Of a stretch of DNA of 49,813 nt, positions 46,991-49,813 are shown in pieces. A program made the position numbers and the translations under genes. How positions within the stretch are numbered: position 1 is the first letter of the stretch; each line of letters starts with the position of its first letter. The DNA comes from Alphaproteobacteria bacterium. GTDB lineage: Bacteria > Pseudomonadota > Alphaproteobacteria > GCA-2731375. The DNA lies in the NCBI GenBank assembly GCA_047518225.1, contig JAKZRK010000088.1, forward strand, positions 1-49,813, read 5' to 3'. The notes under the pieces were generated by a model, which was not told the DNA's origin, ran no database searches, and saw only the letters and a program-made list of their open reading frames with translations.

Positions 46991-47695
46991 ATGACCCCGC
47001 GCGTGGAACCAGCCGCTGAACAGGTAGATGTGGCCGCTAACTTGGCGGACGTCCTGGCCGCGGTCGCGGCGGCGGCCGCCGCCGCTGGCCGCAACCCCGA
47101 AGACACCGCCCTGGTCGCGGTATCGAAAACGCAATCGGCGGAAGCTATATTGTCCGCCATCCAGGCCGGCCAGCGCCGCTTCGGCGAAAACCGGGTACAG
47201 GAAGCGCAAGGCAAATGGCCGGACCTGAAGGCGGCCCACGGTGATCTGCGCCTGCACTTGATCGGACCCCTGCAAACCAACAAGGTGCGGGACGCGGTTG
47301 CCCTGTTCGATGTCATAGAAACCGTGGACCGCCCCAAGCTGGCCCGCGCCCTGGCCCGGGAAATGGCCAAACAGGGCCGGCGGCTGGATTGTTTCATCCA
47401 GGTCAACACGGGGGAAGAGGAACAAAAGGCCGGGGTCTGGCCGGAAGAGGCGGATGACTTTATTGCCCTGGCCCGGGACGAGCTGGCCCTATCCGTGCGC
47501 GGCTTGATGTGCATCCCCCCGGTGGATGAAGAAGGCAGCCTGCATTTCGCCCTGTTGCGGCAAATTGCCCAACGCAATGGTTTGAATGAACTATCCATGG
47601 GCATGAGCGCGGATTACGAGGTGGCGATACGGTTCGGCGCCACCTTGGTCCGGGTAGGTACGGCGATCTTTGGCGCCCGCTTGCCATATCCCTAA
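46991..47695 (+). CDS. yggS: YggS-family pyridoxal-phosphate homeostasis protein
   Basis: LVAVSKTQ (PLP-Lys), FGENRVQE, HLIGPLQTNK, LSMGMS.D motifs. Confidence 0.9.
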   Translation: MTPRVEPAAEQVDVAANLADVLAAVAAAAAAAGRNPEDTALVAVSKTQSAEAILSAIQAGQRRFGENRVQEAQGKWPDLKAAHGDLRLHLIGPLQTNKVRDAVALFDVIETVDRPKLARALAREMAKQGRRLDCFIQVNTGEEEQKAGVWPEEADDFIALARDELALSVRGLMCIPPVDEEGSLHFALLRQIAQRNGLNELSMGMSADYEVAIRFGATLVRVGTAIFGARLPYP

Positions 47696-48249
47696 GGGTC
47701 TATCTGGATTTCGCTGTCGTCCGCCAAAAAGGGCAATATGGCCAGCAGGTCAGGGCGCGATAGCGCGACACAGCCTTCGGTGGGGCCGTAATCGGGGCTA
47801 GCGAGATGGATGAATATGGCGCTGCCCCGGCCCGGCACCACCGGGTCGTCGTTATGCCCGGTAATGACCACAAGATCGTACAGCCCATCCGCCCGCCACA
47901 TGCTCTCGGCGCTGGCGCGGTAGGGTAAAGTAACCGCCCTGTTATAGGCGGCGTCGCCGGGATCATCACACCAGCCGTCCATGGCTTGGATTTCCGCCGC
48001 GGGCAGTTTGCTGTCTGGCCGGACCAGCCGGTCGGCCCGATACAACAGCCGGCGCAGGGGATACAAGCCGGCCGGCGTGGCGCCGTCACCTTCCTGCTTG
48101 TCAATACGGATGCCGCCCCGGCCCAGCGCACAACGGTAACGCCGTTTGCCACGATACAACCAGCCGTCGGCGGTTACCTGAAGACGCACGAATTTTGACC
48201 CCTGGATCGATTGCCCTGACTTTACCAAATTATCATACCTTCGTGACAC
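47692..48249 (-). CDS. L,D-transpeptidase-fold (YkuD-like) family protein
   Basis: Catalytic-type motif GSAIFIHLA...GPTEGCVAL (H...C). No obvious signal peptide. GTG start. Confidence 0.7.
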   Translation of the reverse strand: MSRRYDNLVKSGQSIQGSKFVRLQVTADGWLYRGKRRYRCALGRGGIRIDKQEGDGATPAGLYPLRRLLYRADRLVRPDSKLPAAEIQAMDGWCDDPGDAAYNRAVTLPYRASAESMWRADGLYDLVVITGHNDDPVVPGRGSAIFIHLASPDYGPTEGCVALSRPDLLAILPFLADDSEIQIDP

Positions 48250-48287
48250 GATAAGATTTCAACAGCAAATAGGGAGGGCAATTCGTT

Positions 48288-48656
48288 ATGTCTGAAAGCC
48301 TGTTCCAGCGAATTGGCGGTGCCGCCGCGGTCGACGCGGCGGTGGATCTCTTTTACCGCAAAGTTTTAACGGATCCCGATGTCATGGATTTTTTCGATAC
48401 CACGGATATGGATGACCAGCGGGCCAAGCAAAAATCCTTCCTGACCATGGCGTTTGGCGGGCCGCATGAATATACCGGCCAGGATTTACGCACCGCCCAC
48501 GCGCAATTGGTCACGGATGGCCTGAACGACGGCCATTTCGACAAGGTTGCCGGGCATTTGCAGACGACTTTGGAAGAACTGGAGGTCGATGAAAATTCCA
48601 TTGCCGAGGTCATGGCGATTGCCGGCTGTACCCGGGACGACGTGCTGAACAGATAG
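48288..48656 (+). CDS. glbN: group 1 truncated haemoglobin (trHbN)
   Basis: LFQRIGG...AVD.FY.KVL.D..V..FF......QR.KQ..FL..AFGGP..Y.G.D.R.AH pattern of 2-on-2 globins. AGGGAGGG Shine-Dalgarno sequence upstream. Confidence 0.85.
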   Translation: MSESLFQRIGGAAAVDAAVDLFYRKVLTDPDVMDFFDTTDMDDQRAKQKSFLTMAFGGPHEYTGQDLRTAHAQLVTDGLNDGHFDKVAGHLQTTLEELEVDENSIAEVMAIAGCTRDDVLNR

Positions 48657-48662
48657 AGGGTC

Positions 48663-49664
48663 ATGGCGAATATAAGTTTTGCCGGCGAAAGACTTGCCCT
48701 GGCGACAGACGAGTCGGTCTTGGAGTGTCTGGAGCGGACGGACCACGAGGTTCCGTTTTCCTGCCGCAACGGGGTTTGCCTGACCTGCATTATGCGGGTG
48801 CGTGCGGGTAGGTTGCCCGCGGCCTCCCAGGCGGGCTTGCGGGAAGGTCAAAAACAGCAAGGCTATTTCCTGCCCTGCGTATGCCGCCCCGACGTTGACC
48901 TGGAGATCGAGGCGCCGACGGACGCGGAGCTGTTCGGCCGCGCCACGGTCAGGGAAATTGCCCATCTATCGGCCAGCATCTGCCGCCTTCGTCTGGAAAC
49001 GGCGACGCCGCTGTTTTATCACGCCGGGCAGTTTATCAACTTGCGCCGTAGGGACGGGCTGGTGCGGTCTTATTCCCTGGCCAGCGTGCCGCGCCTTGAC
49101 GACATCCTTGAATTGCATGTCAAACGCCTGGGCGGGGGCAAGATGAGTAACTGGATTTACAACGACCTAGCGGTCGGCGAACCGCTTGATTTCCACGGCC
49201 CGAACGGGGATTGTTACTATATTGGCGGGGCGCCCGAGCGGCCGTTGTTGTTGATCGGCAACGGCTCCGGCCTGGCGCCGCTTTACGGCATCCTCCGGGA
49301 CGCGTTGGCGGATGGGCATACGGGGCCAATCCATCTGTATCATGGCAGCCGGATGGCCAAGGGCCTTTATTACGGCGATCAATTGCAGGCCCTGGCCCGG
49401 GAACATAAGAATTTTCATTACCACCCCTGCCTGTCCGGCGAAGTCGACGAGGCGGGGTTGAAACCGGGCGCGCGGCCGGGCCGGGCTGAAATGGTGGCCC
49501 TTACCGAACATGGCGATTTGTCGGGCTGGGGGGTCTATCTGTGCGGTTATCCGCCCATGGTGCAGACGGCGAAAAAACTAGCCTTTCTGGCCGGCGCGGC
49601 CCTGCAGGATATCCTCGCGGATCCGTTCGAATTGCAAGACCTGCGCCGCCTGCCGCGCGATTAG
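48663..49664 (+). CDS. 2Fe-2S ferredoxin / FAD-NAD(P)H oxidoreductase (ferredoxin-FNR fusion reductase)
   Basis: N-terminal plant-type ferredoxin Cys motif (CRNGVCLTC...C). RSYSLAS (RxYS FAD-binding), GGKMSNW, GNGSGLAP (NAD(P)H-binding). Starts 7 nt after the trHbN stop. Confidence 0.85.
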   Translation: MANISFAGERLALATDESVLECLERTDHEVPFSCRNGVCLTCIMRVRAGRLPAASQAGLREGQKQQGYFLPCVCRPDVDLEIEAPTDAELFGRATVREIAHLSASICRLRLETATPLFYHAGQFINLRRRDGLVRSYSLASVPRLDDILELHVKRLGGGKMSNWIYNDLAVGEPLDFHGPNGDCYYIGGAPERPLLLIGNGSGLAPLYGILRDALADGHTGPIHLYHGSRMAKGLYYGDQLQALAREHKNFHYHPCLSGEVDEAGLKPGARPGRAEMVALTEHGDLSGWGVYLCGYPPMVQTAKKLAFLAGAALQDILADPFELQDLRRLPRD

Positions 49665-49735
49665 TCGATATTCTAGTGTCCTGATCGATAAATTGATATG
49701 ATTATGTCTCTATTTGTTTTCAGGAGGCGCGATTG

Positions 49736-49813
49736 ATGGCGAGAGTGGCGGTGACGATCTCTTTGAGCGATGACGAGCGCGCCGAATTGGAGGCGCTGTC
49801 TCGTCGTCGCAAG
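49736..49813 (+). CDS. IS630-family-like transposase, N-terminal fragment (runs off the window)
   Basis: MARVAVTISLSDDERAELEALSRRRK resembles the N-terminal ...L(T/S)xxERxELExLxRRxK helix-turn-helix start of IS630-family transposases. AGGAGG lies about 8 nt upstream of the ATG. Only 26 codons are visible. Confidence 0.4.
   Translation, partial: MARVAVTISLSDDERAELEALSRRRK

Noticed and set aside
46988-47425. N-terminal 146 aa of track ORF 46367-47425 (would make a 352-aa ThiE-like protein)
   Set aside because: This part is antisense to yggS, which has clear PLP-enzyme motifs. The ThiE-like homology only begins after the internal Met at 46987 or 46975.
46367-47695. Convergent gene pairs whose stop codons overlap (TTAG at 46367-46370; CTAA at 47692-47695)
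   Set aside because: This is real but unremarkable genome compaction. There is no room for hairpins and no extra signal.
1-49813. CRISPR arrays, rRNA and tRNA genes, prophage or defence-system gene sets
   Set aside because: I saw no regularly spaced direct repeats and no tRNA-like T-arm or acceptor signatures in the intergenic gaps inspected. I saw no nuclease, helicase or methylase combinations typical of defence islands. This is a manual scan only; tRNAscan-SE, Infernal and PADLOC/DefenseFinder would be decisive.

Overview
GC-rich alphaproteobacterial chromosome segment. The gene order looks Rhodospirillales-like and covers the replication-origin and partition region. The conserved backbone runs smr, mltA, tim44-like, fxsA, secB, dnaQ, coaE, aroE, maf and a DUF299/PpsR-like gene. 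A non-coding gap follows, then hemE-hemH-hemJ, rho, mnmE-mnmG-rsmG-parA-parB, holA-lptE-leuS. I place oriC in the 427-bp gap upstream of hemE (18504-18930). Two perfect consensus parS sites (TGTTTCACGTGAAACA) lie at 29943 and 31951.

Several accessory or unusual items are embedded in this backbone:
- A family of about 264-bp MITE-like mosaic elements with long terminal inverted repeats. One copy is inserted exactly at the lutA stop codon inside the lutABC operon. Another copy plus a 68-bp mini-derivative bracket an orphan GT9-like glycosyltransferase gene. A solo end sits between parB and holA.
- A single ORF fusing a degenerate CysD, a CysN that lacks its GTPase domain, and CysC (APS kinase).
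- A truncated-haemoglobin gene followed by a ferredoxin/FNR-type reductase gene.
- maf broken by a 1-nt frameshift in a homopolymer.
- An unrecognisable 356-aa ORF with an AT-rich promoter region, inserted on the opposite strand inside the otherwise conserved DUF299-maf-aroE-coaE-dnaQ operon next to the origin.
- A membrane adenylate cyclase, methyltransferase and MBL-fold hydrolase cluster.
- The start of an IS630-like transposase at the right edge.

I recognised no rRNA, tRNA or CRISPR array. All functional calls rest on motif-level reading of the ORF translations and on synteny. No database search was possible.
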